Positions 12,709 to 24,600 of a DNA stretch of 64,000 bases are shown piece after piece; positions within the stretch are counted from its first letter, which is position 1; every line of letters starts with the position of its first letter. The notes beneath the pieces were generated by a model that worked only from the letters and a program-made list of their open reading frames with translations, had not been told where the DNA came from and searched no databases. The position numbers and the translations under genes were made by a program. Source of the DNA: Catajapyx aquilonaris (taxonomy: Eukaryota). The stretch is taken from positions 1 to 64,000 of the forward strand of contig KZ537960.1 in assembly GCA_000934665.2 (NCBI GenBank), written 5' to 3'.

Positions 12709-13237
12709 AATCTGCCCGCTAAAACTCAGCAGCTTCTTTCGCACACTTCTCGCGATCACACAGCACAAAATCGATATGGCAGTCAGAGCAAGTGTAGCCA
12801 ACTTCAAACCTCTCACTGCTGGGTTTTACTCATTTGTGTGCTAATTACCCAGCTTTAATCGTCAGCGGAAGAAAACTGTGTTGTCGCTATATTTAATATC
12901 AATTTTAGTATCACAGGATGAGGCAACCCTGTGCCGACTGCGGTGCCCCTGACGGCAAATCAGACATTTGGTGTTTGCAATATTCACAGGCCATTTGATT
13001 TGGCGCCTTCAGAGAGACGACGATGTGCATCAGTCAATATTGGATCAGGTCGGCGCTTCAGATGCTGGCTTGCTAATCGCGACTACGCATCGTCCTTTGA
13101 TGACACCCGTGCGCGGGGGAGGAGGAGGCAGGGACGCATCGCACATATTGATAGTTCCGGACCATTGATTTTATCCGTGAGCTGTTGCAGCAGCTGTTGC
13201 TTATCCTCTGCGTGTGGGCCAAGTGTGGGCTGGAGAG
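12709..13237. promoter_or_regulatory. Shared bidirectional promoter region of CDIPT and the FN3K-family gene
   Basis: Divergent start codons ~530 bp apart in a locally CpG-rich stretch. Confidence 0.65.
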
Positions 13238-14831
13238 ATGGACGAGCTATTGAAAGAGGCCCTGGGCACAAAGACACTGAAGAAGACTGGGATGGGCGGA
13301 GGAGGATGCATCAACGAGGGGGAGTCGTACCTTACAGACCAAGGAACCGTATTCGTCAAAAGAAACCACAAAAGCGAGGTTGGTGAATTTATATACACAT
13401 ATGCTAGAAGAAATGTAGCATGGCTTACATGTGGTTGTTACTTTTTAGGCACGGGTCATGTTTGATGGGGAAAAAGCAGGACTGGAGGCTATTCAGTCTA
13501 CGGGGACAATACGAGTTCCCAAACCAATTGTGGTACTGGATGACCCTGCTGGAGGAGCTGCGTTAGCAATGGAGCACCTAGAACTGAAGAGCATGTCTCG
13601 GTTTTCAAGGAGACTGGGCGAATATTTGGCAAAGTATGTGTTGGATACAGAAGTAACTGAAGAATATGCTTGGCATTAACCAGTATGCAATTTCTATTTG
13701 TAGAATGCACATGGCTAATATGTCGCTAAAAGATGGTTCAAGTAAAGTCGGAGAATCTGCAGATTATGTTGATAAGTTTGGATTTCACACAACTACATGC
13801 TGTGGTTATTTGCCACAGGATAATGTTTGGGACAGTGATTGGGTAGTAAGTGTTGTCTCAAAGGAATTTCTATCATTGCATTCGACTTTTTAACGTTTAA
13901 TGGGTCAGTAAATTTGTAATTACCTTGTTGTGTTTTTTTCTAGAAATTCTTTACTACCCAGAGACTGGATAAACAAATCCAACTTATCATCCAGAAGGTA
14001 TGAAGATGATGATTTAGGCTTATAAAACGCAGGTATTCTGGGAAAGAGTTAGGTGACCTTGAATATCCGTTGGAGATTTGGTATTTCCTTAATTTTAAAT
14101 TAGTCAGGGATACTTACATAAGTCATCCTTTCAGTCCATGGACAAGTCACTTACAGTTAGTGCTTGAAAAGACAAAGCACCTATACAGTTCCAAACTTAA
14201 CTGTGGACTTGGAGAGGGTTGTACTACTTACTGTGTGCAGAACATTGCCGATTTATAACACAGGCTCTGGGCAAACGCTTTCACTTGAGTAACACTGCCT
14301 AAATGATTTGCAGCAAGGAGACAGGACATTGATAGAGTTGTGGGGAAAATTGCAGCGTGCAATTCCAAAGTACTTTGAAGGTTTGGAAATAAAACCTGCC
14401 CTTCTCCATGGTGATTTGTGGAGTGGAAATGTTGGTGAGACAGCTGATGGACCAGGTGAATTATTGCTACTCTAATATATTGTTTAAATTTTTTTAAACT
14501 AATTATGAATTATTTTTTCCCTTCCCAAGTGGTGTTTGATCCAGCTTCTTTCTATGGGCATCATGAGTTTGAAATGGGAATTGTAAAAATGTTTGGAGGT
14601 TTTGACGATTATTTCTATGATGGTTACCACACTGTCATTCCAAAGGACAACAGTTCAAATGCTAAGAAGAGATTGAAATTGTACCACTTGTATCATTCAC
14701 TTAACCACTGGTAAGTTAGATATATTCTCTAGCTTGATAAGAAATCTAAAGTAATTTATTTTATTTTCAGGAATCATTTTGGTGGATCTTATCGAGGCAG
14801 CAGTATCAGCATTATGGAGAAGCTTTGTTAA
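13238..14831 (+). CDS. FN3KRP: Fructosamine/ketosamine-3-kinase family protein, 7 exons: 13238-13378, 13449-13633, 13704-13845, 13944-13997, 14314-14455, 14530-14710, 14771-14831
   Basis: GGGGCINEG, VFVK, MFDGEKAGLEAI, FGFHTTTCCGYLPQDN, PALLHGDLWSGN, FDPASFYGHHEFE and LYHSLNHWNHFG. GT-AG introns are in phase. FN3K versus FN3KRP orthology cannot be resolved by eye. Confidence 0.93.
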
Positions 14832-14959
14832 GGATAGAGGAAACATGTTGACAGAATGAAAGAAAGACTTATATGGGACCACATCTCAGAGTTTGAAGAA
14901 CAGTCATGCCCTGAAATTACACTTAATTTTTTCTGAGATATGCAATGTTAGTTAAGATA

Positions 14960-15134
14960 CAGTGAAACCTGTGTACAGCGGATCACATGGGAGGCACAAC
15001 AAAAATTCCATAATGGACAGGTTTCTGCTACATTCATTAAAAATAATTGCATGTCCTACGCCCATTTCCAGAAATAATTATGCAATTGACCAGTTTCAGC
15101 TATACTCAGGATCCATTATGGACAGGTTTCACTG
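14960..15134. mobile_element. pogo/Tigger-like MITE just 3' of the FN3K-family stop
   Basis: TIR CAGTGAAACCTGT with TA on both flanks; internal repeat of ATGGACAGGTTTC. Confidence 0.8.
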
Positions 15135-15448
15135 TATTTTGGTATAATTAAAATGAGGAGGTTAGTTCCAGAGGCAATCAATTTTGATGAAGGAAAAATA
15201 TTGGAATATCTAAAATGAAATCGGAAAAACATGGATGTAGATATGGGTCATTTGGAAATCACACTTGCATGACCCATGTTCAGCGATTCAAAGCAACTCT
15301 CTGGCATGACAGGGTATGCCCTATTTAAATTTATTTGCTTAGTGCAGAGTTTCAAAAGAGATGCAACATACAGGTTGGCAGTTAGCTGCAGTTTTAGTAA
15401 CACCCACAAAGAAATATATCACATATTTTAACACTCTAGAGTCTAGAC

Positions 15449-15628
15449 CAGCGTTTCTCAACCAGAGTTCTGCGAGAAATAGTGATGAATAGGCTAATCA
15501 TATATGTGTTTTTGAGGCACAAATTGATATACAGTAGTATAAGAATTTTTATGTCGGGGTTCCCCGAGACATGACTATTACATAATTATGTCAAGGGTTC
15601 TGCAAGGGTAAAAGATTGAGAAATGCTG
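15449..15628. mobile_element. hAT (Charlie-like) MITE
   Basis: TIRs CAGCGTTTCTCAACC / CAGCATTTCTCAATC; 8-bp TSD GTCTAGAC / CTCTAGAC. Confidence 0.75.
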
Positions 15629-18600
15629 CTCTAGACATTGGGTCTAGAGGCAAAGATGTGATGTGTGATCAAGTCAGGGGTCAACTACAAAAATTTGATG
15701 CAGAGGGATAAATGAAATGAACTGGCACTTTTTAAAATGCCAGATTGTGAGATGTATACAGCAATGCATTACATTTTGAGAATTCCCAGAGCAGAGGCAA
15801 ATGTTTCGTGAGAACTGAAACATAATATATTTTCCAAATCCAATTTAATCATTGTCAAACACATCATGGGCTGGATCCCAAATATATTTTAAAATTACAG
15901 ATATTATATGTGCATTGGAAGTAGTTGAGGCTTGCAGGTTAAATTAAATGGAATTGTCACAATGGCTGTCTCAATATTAAGCATGTATAACATACGTACT
16001 ACTGAACTGCTAGGTCTGACCTTCTTGGCCATGTTTCACCACCAAGGCCAATTGGGACCCTTGGACAAACCATCTGCTGAGCTCCCCACCCGTGCACCTG
16101 ATTATGTTGTAGCATATTTTCTCCCCTCATATTTACATGCCCACCTCATACTTTACTTGTGTTCAAGTAAAGTGCAATGTAGATGTTGGTGTACAGTACA
16201 GTACATTATTGCCATTCTCAGTCAAAAATGAAAGAAAACCCCTAATCACCGAGATGGACACCATTAACTTCAATCTATACATGACTTATTTAGCTGTTGC
16301 AGTTGGCTATGTATCAGCTTATATCTTCAATGCTGATGGTTGTAACATTGGCCTATGTCATCTACAATGAAGAAGACTAGTTGATTCATTAATATCTGTA
16401 GCAAGTAAGGCCTAAATTATTTTCAATTCCTGAGTACTAATAGCCATTAAATTTTGTTATATTCAATTCACTGGAATTGATTATCAAATTACTGGCACTG
16501 CTGCAAATTGAATGGTGCTCATCACTTTCAATTAATATAACATTGCAACTAGGCAGTAGTACCTGGAAGAGGCTTATCAAGTGTACAGTACAGTACCATA
16601 CCTTTCTGCAGTTAAAACCCTTACCAAGTTAAATTACCATTTGAGAAGAAGGGTCCATGCTGCACAAAAAGCCGTCCCCGTCAGAATTAGACAAAACACC
16701 TCTGTTTATACTCCTCTACTTTCATCGGGACATTAAAGCAAAAAATGTAATGTCGTTATATTAAGTATTATGCGTACGTATTCTGATGAAGGCCACGTGT
16801 AGCACATTGCAGGCCTACCTTCTTCCTAGGCCCCCGTACTTTTGCACCCCTTCTCCCCCATCTTGTCCTGTTTACTGGTGTCAACAGACTGAAAGACTGC
16901 TCTTCTTGCCTTTTCCTCTCAACCACTACACTTATACCAATTTCTGTCACATGCGTCCATTCAAGTCAGGAATTGAGTAGCCACAGGCTGAGCAATAGTA
17001 ATGGAGTTTGTTTTTTTTCTTAGCGAGGCTCAGTTGGAGAGTAGTGAGGTGCAATGTGTGTGAATGAGTATGTCAATATATTGAATGTTTACACAAGTGA
17101 TATCCCTGATTGTAATGAATTATGGTCCAAGGTGTAATATAGTAACATTAGTGTCTTATCAGCTTAGCAGTGTTGAAAATTTTAAATGAAATCAAAACTT
17201 CTTGTGCCATTACTGTAGGGAAAATACTGGAAACAAAGCTGTATCAATGGGAAACCAAGGCAGGTGATCAACTTCTGTAGCAAGTCTTTAAATCACTGTA
17301 ACATGCAGACTTGATGTGTTATTAACTGGAAGCAAGTGACTGAAAAAAAAATCACAGGCTGATTGGTAAATCATCTGTTTCAATTAACTTACCACATTTC
17401 TTCAGGCGGCTAATTCCCACCCAAAGAAGTACTGATTGTTCTCATGCTGTTGTTCTGCATTGTTAAATGAAATTCAATATAATGATGTTGCAAGTAACTC
17501 TTCAACGTTTTTATTTAACTCCTGGCGACGAAATACAAGTATGCTAAGTTTGGTGTTGCAACTTCCCCAATCCCATTTTTTCTACACTTGGAAGAGGAAT
17601 GACTGTATGGTGTTCAGTCCAACTAATGGTGATCCTCATATCCATCGGGCAGTGGGTTGGTGTGAGGGTTGTGGAAAAGGGAGTGGTTGCCATCACCCCA
17701 TGGGAAACGCTGAAAGAAGAAATGCATCAGAGCACTTCCTTAACATATTCAGTCATCTAAAGATGCACAAACCTTGGTCCTCAAGCGCAGATGCTCATAA
17801 GGTACGAAGGGAGCCCTGTCATGACAGGCCTCCGCCTCCTTCAGGTAGGCATTGAGCATGCACAGAGCTACCCCAGGGACGGCAACAAAGAAGGACAGGT
17901 TGCGCCACAGCTTCATGCCACCTACATAGAAAGAGTACTTATTAAAATAACATTAGGTGATGACAACGTTACGTACCAGAGATCTATTCTGAATCTTTCA
18001 AAGTGGAAATTGGCAGGTTAAAGTGATGAAATGCACCTTCCCGGCCTAATTACTTTAGTCATACCTTGGTCATACAAGTGCAGTCACAGAAAAAAAAGTT
18101 AAATTGCTCCAGTTCTTGATAATTAGTTTCAGATTTAATAACTACAGGCTTATGTCAAGAAACTGCGAGTACTATACGCACTGCAACAGTTCGCCCTTGC
18201 AACCCTGAAAAAATTTCCGTGATTTAGGCTCCTTGCCAGCTGATCAGAAATACCGCCTCGATCTTAACTCATATCTACAACGTCACTACATGAGTTGAAT
18301 GCTCCTCACCATCATGTCCAGCGGTGGCAGAGTGCCCCTGGGCAGCGAAAGCACGGGCAGAAGTCCCGATGGAACGAGAAATAGTGCCAGCCACGGACGC
18401 CATTTTTAGAACCCTGAGTGGAAGAGAATCACAGTTGCCAGGACACCACAGGAATCACGTAACTGAACAGTGTTACCAGATGCATGTACACAACTACACG
18501 AGGAAAGGACGCAAAAAAAAGGTGCACATCTGTGGTGCTGCCTTGAAAATGAGGTGAATTCGACGCAAATACTTGTCAGTGTGCCAAACGTAGCGAGACC

Positions 18601-18638
18601 GATGTGCGGCGAGAGGCTACTGCTGCTGCTTCCAGGCC

Positions 18639-21600
18639 ATGGGCAACGCTGCTTCCAGGGGAGAGACACGAGAACGGCGTGAGGGACATAGCAACAACCA
18701 GCAGCTGACACCACCAACAGACGAGGGAGACAATGCGGCTGGAAGGCAGCAACTCACCATTCCAGACTCACGCTCATTCCATTTCATTCCAACTCAGGTA
18801 AGCATTGAGTCACTGAGGAGGAAGGAAGAGTGTGACAGAAAGCAGGTGTATGGATTTTGGTTGCCAGAGAAAGACATTGGATATGTTGTTTGCCCTTCTC
18901 CGAATGTTAGCAGGATGTGTCAGCTAATACACATGAGAATCAATGGTGAATATGGAAGAATTCTTATTAGCCGAAGGACAAACAGTCCACCCACAAAGGG
19001 TACGTAAAGGGATAGGGCAGGTGGACATCAAGGGAGCGCTGCTTCTTTTACGCTACCTGTGCCTACAATTGCTTGTCCTGAACTAACTTTAAGAAGAGCA
19101 GATGCTTAGAGACTCCATGGCAGCCACTATTTATGCATTGGGGTTTCTTCAGCTCTCGAACTTGTTGGTAATGGCCGTAAAATGGATGTAAGTTAGTCGA
19201 GAAGTTAGTGTCTGTGAGGGCAACCTGGTAATAAAATGTTCATGGTTGGTGTATCTTCTCATATAATTGAATAATGGAAATCAAAACTGTGCTATGTTGC
19301 ATTTTCAAGATAAACGAAACTTGACCTTGAGCAGAAGTAGTACACCCCCCACTTGCAACATACCCCGAATGGTTTTACGTTCCATGATATATTGAGTGAA
19401 AAGCAACATGAATGGACCAAGGAAATGCATGAAATCTATGTCCTAATATGTGACACACCTCTATACTTATTTAGAAGACTGCATGTGCCACTGGACCGAA
19501 GGAATCAGGATCCCAGTGTACCTAAATTCCGTGCGATTCCTTGGTCCACTCATTTTACCTTTCACTCGATATTCCAGGGGTTGAATTTTAATTTTTTAGT
19601 CCAGGTACAAAGTTTGGACTCCAGATTTTCATGTGGAGTGCAAATTGCACCTTTGCAACAGAATATTTCGACCCCTGATATTCCATGGAACATAAAACCG
19701 CACTATGTTCGGGTGAAGTGCAGCTCATCATTGTACGGCTCCTACTTGAGCTACGAGCATCAAACCACCTGGTATGGGTTCAGTTTCACCATAACTATTT
19801 TTCCCGCACTCTTTTCTGCAAATATAATTACTCGTTATGTGCATCATAAATTTGATCTTCGCTCAACATAGTGTGGTTTTACGTTCCATGACAGTGTGGA
19901 AATCAAAACCGCACCATGTTTTTTTGGCTTCTGCAGGGGAGTCCAACTGTCGCTTTCCATTCAGTCGTCGTTCAACTCAAGGGGGTCGGAACACCTGGTA
20001 TGTCGACAGTTTCGCCAAATCGTTCCGTGGATACCAATATCATGCATGTGAGGTCCGTGATTTCATTATTATAGGCTTCGTTCAATAAGGTCAAGTTTAG
20101 TTTATCCTGAAAATGCAACATAGCATGGTTTTGATTTCCATGATTCAATTTTGTCTGATTTTGCCTTTGGGTCCAGGACTGTTCATTGTCGGAAATGATT
20201 GCAGTAGTTTAATTTATATTCAGGTGTTGGTTTTTGTGGTTATTATTGGTAGTGATTAGTCAAAGTGATCAACCCATGTATTCTTCAATGCAGATGCAGG
20301 AATTTAATTAATTTAGTACCACTGTCCTTCTATTTCTTCAGGTGAACCATTCTTTTAGCAGCAACTTAAGTGGAAGATGGTCATTACTCAGCTACCGAAG
20401 CAATGCGTCCACATATAGTGCATCTAGGCCATGGTCACGTGTTTCTAGGAGGAGGTATGAACCACTTTCTGAATGGTATTAATTGATATTCAATTATTAA
20501 TGGATATATTTTTGCAGGTGGCATGAAGCAACATTAAATAATCAATATGAAGCTGCGAAAACAGCATGGCCAGTACCATTTATTGAATCTTTTTTTCTAC
20601 CTGAGTTCAAAGTGAAGAAGGATGAAGAAAGTTTTCAGGTAACTGTTAAAAATTTTAGTATAGTCATAGTGTTACAATGAATGCAGTCTAACTTATTTTT
20701 TAATAGGTTTTAGATGTAATTGCCAAAGGAGTGTATGGGAAAGTTTTCAGAGCAAAAAAGAAAGATGGTGATCAGGAATTTGCAATGAAAGTGCTGTCCA
20801 AGTCGAAGGTGAGAGACTAATTTCAGTGCCATTGAAAATGTCATGTTATTTATTATGTTTGATATGGAGTTATATTGTCTTCATGTTTCTAGATAATAAT
20901 GGAGAATAGTGTTCAACAAGTTAAAGATGAAGTTATAATTCAGTCAATGTGTGGCCATCACCCGTTCATTGTTCACTGTGATTCATTTTGGCAAAGTCGG
21001 AAAAATTTGTTTATTGGTAAGTGTAGAGTAGTAGACTTGATGCATATAGTAAGGTGTTTATATTGTATTACTCATGTTCTTTATATATTCTGTTAATTTT
21101 TTTGCAGTGACTGAATTTGTTCCCTATGGTGAATTGTACAAATTATGGCACAGCTACGGGAAATTTCCAGAACAGCTGGTGAAGATTTACATAGCTGAGT
21201 TGGCATTTGCTCTTGGTAAGGATTGTCCAAGGGTGTAATTTATATTCGTCTATTACAGATAAATCATTAACAATGTTTCTACCTAATTTTTAGACTTTCT
21301 GCACAATGCTGGAGTGATTTTCAGGGACCTCAAGCTAGAAAACATTCTGCTGGATGGAGAAGGTCATATACAGGTCATTGACTTTGGGTTAGCGAAGTGG
21401 TTAAACTATGGGCATCGCACTGGGACAGTTTGTGGAACCATCCAGTACATGGGTAAGTACGTTTCCATATTAGAATTACTTACTACTCTGTTTTGTGTGA
21501 ATTATTAATTTTGTTATTTTCTGTTTGCCCAGCTCCTGAAGTGCTGAATGTCCAACCCTATACTCATTCTGTGGACTGGTGGTCACTGGGAATCATCTGC

Positions 21601-24600
21601 TATTCACTTCTAGCTGGTCATGTAAGTATTGTGATGAAGATGTATTCCTCTCTGCTTGGAATCTGTTCACGAAGTATTGCATTAATGATTTCAATGGACC
21701 ATCAAAGGCTGAGGGTGAAATGCTAAAGGTGAAATGAGGGGTTGGTCTCTAGGTGTTATGCTGTGAAGGCAAGACATTTAAACAAAAACAAATTAGGAAG
21801 AGAAGAGTCATGCTTATATGCTGAACTTCCATAAAAATAACTTTGTATGGGATGTTCCTATTGATATGTCTATGGTGGTCAGCATTTTTTGGCACCCCCG
21901 ATGGTATCTTCAGTTTGCGTTTCTCCCATGACCCCAAGAGCTATGCCGGAGGTAGCTTCGTCGTGGTAAGGCCACCCAAGTCAGACAGGTCTTTGGGATA
22001 TGAGACAGACTAATAAGAGAGATACCAGTCTTTCCTCACTTCTTTTTCCTCATCGTTTCTCTCTCCATCTGTCTCACCTTTGCCTCTTCTTATAGCCAGA
22101 TAGCCATAGCTGCTTTGGTTTCTTCTTAATAAACCAAACCATCAGGATTTTTTGGTAAGAAGCTGCTTGTTTTAAAACAGTAACTTTGGATTGGGTACAT
22201 TTAATGATATTCAAAAGTATTAGCTGATAATATTAGGTTGCACAGGTCCATCAGTCCATCTGTTTAAAATTCTTCAGGGGATACTGACCTGCAAAAAAAG
22301 ATCTGTCATTAATGGTCAAAACCAATTGTTCTAATAAGCTGTTTCTAATCAAAAATTCCTAGCAATTCAGAGCTTGGATGGATCATTCATTTGCCACCTA
22401 ATATTCACAGCTAATACTTATAACCGCTAAAATAACAATTCAAAAGCAACTACTTAAAATCAGAAGCTTTGTGACAAAAATAGCTAGTCACTACAAACAT
22501 TTCAGTCGTAATACCCTAGTGTCTGTCTTAGGTAAGTGTACTCCTTTTCAGCTGCTTAATGACACAATATGACATTCCAGTATGTGCTTGCATTTAATGA
22601 GTTAAATTATTTATTGAACTGGTGTTACAAGACAGATGCTGATTTGACAAGGGGAAGGATTAGTATGGAATATTCATTAAAATAAAGCAATCACGATCTT
22701 ATTAGCCAATGCAAAAGAGGCTGATTGATTCATGTTACTCTTCTCAGTAAGCTGACAGGTTGATTGATTGAGTGGAAAGAAGCCAAAGCAACTAAGGCTA
22801 TCTGGCTCTAAGCTGACAGTACTGATAAAGGAAGTGCATTCGGTCATGCACGTACATTTATTCAAACCTGATGGGCAAGGAAGAGAATGGAGTACTTAGT
22901 CCCATGACGTATAGTATTCTCAGATTCCTTAATTTGAAAGTGCCTTGGCCTACCATAGGTTGATCAAAAATTTTCTCAGAGTATTGTCACACTAGCAAAA
23001 GGCAGGCATGTAGTTATTATCATTACCATAAAATCATCTGGAAACCTGCTATAAGAAGCAATTTTCCAACGTGGCACATGCTAGCCCTAGCAATGAGATT
23101 AAATATATTATTTGTATGTTTTTTTCTGTACACTTTTTGTTCACGGTGGTACATTTGGCCTTCAGGAATTGATTTATTTGTAAACTAGCAGGTTACCTGG
23201 CGTTGCCCGGGTATGTTGGGGTGCTGGAAAAGGTAGGGGTACATATACAGTATTTTAGGAAGTGTATTTGTTTGAAAGAATTTCCCTTCAATACACTCGA
23301 AGCTCGAAATGTCTTAAAATGGGCCTTATAAGTTACAATAAGCCAAAGTTTGTCACTCTCTGTGATAGATTACCTGCTTGTCTTATATATAGCGATAGTC
23401 GACACAAATATTCTGACTGGATGTGTAAAAAGAGGAATGCAGATGGAGTTGGCCCAGGAAAAGACTGCACAGCCATGTGTTTTCCCCCCTGCATTTTTGA
23501 CCCCTTGACCCCACAACTCCACTTTACACCCCCACCTCGTTCCATATGTTTGCTCTGAAGAAATTTAGAAAATATGTAAGTTACGTACAGATGCATGGTG
23601 GGAAATTTGGTTTTCAACACATAGTTCGTAGTAATATTTGTAAATACTGTATTACAGTAAAACTTCCATAAGTCGAATCTCCATGGGACCTGAAAAAAAC
23701 TTCGAGTTATGTAGAAGATTCGAGTTAGAGAAGTTTGGATTTTTTAAATCACAGAACTCTATAAAGAAGCCTACCTTTGTATCCAGCGACGAAAGGTGTT
23801 CAAAACTTAAAAATAACTGTCACTATCACACTTACAATGTTTCTCATTGTTTTGTTGTAAAAAAATCTCAGTTATGGACATTTGGCTACTCTTAAATTCA
23901 AGGATTCAATTGTCTCAACAGAGTCAAACACTTCTTTGGCTACGTCTGGTAGACGGAGATCAGGAAATTGAGCCTTTCTGTACATGTGGCCTACTCACTA
24001 CCCTTCGGCTGGGAAATGAGAATACCGTATACTCGCCAACATGAACTTGGACTTAGGGAGACTGAAAATGCATTGATATCCCATCGTAAGGCCCTGCCTG
24101 CACTTCGAGTTATGGAGAACTTCGAGTTAGGGAAGTTTATTTCCTATAAGCATTGTGACCAACCAAGCTCCTCATTTTCTTCGACTTATAGATTAGTTCG
24201 ACTTATGGAAGTTTTAATAATGGATACCCCGTGATAGGCCCCGATACGAACTCACGTGAGGTGGCCAATTAGCGTAATTGGTGGATGCGTTGAATTTACG
24301 GCAATGCTTTAATTTTCTAGGCGGTATTATTGCATAAGGGCATTTCCATGGGAATGTGAATTGATATATTGTTATTTGATGTTTATGTAAGTTAATTGTT
24401 AAGGCCTGAGAAGTGAGAAGATTCGGGAATATGCGTGTTGTGGGAGTTAGGTTCATTTTCGGAAGCTGAAACATGCGGCGTTAGATTCCTTGGAAAATGT
24501 AACCCCCGATATGCTAATTTAAGGCGGTGTAGGGGCCTTCCCCTGGATTTCTATAAGGGACAAACAAACAAACTCTTAAACTCTCAAACAAACTCTCAAA

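Noticed and set aside
14006..14313. C/D snoRNA in FN3K intron 4 (ATGATGA box)
   Set aside because: No matching CTGA D box or terminal stem.
16783..16825. Hammerhead ribozyme core (CTGATGA)
   Set aside because: No GAAA after stem II and no stems I/III.
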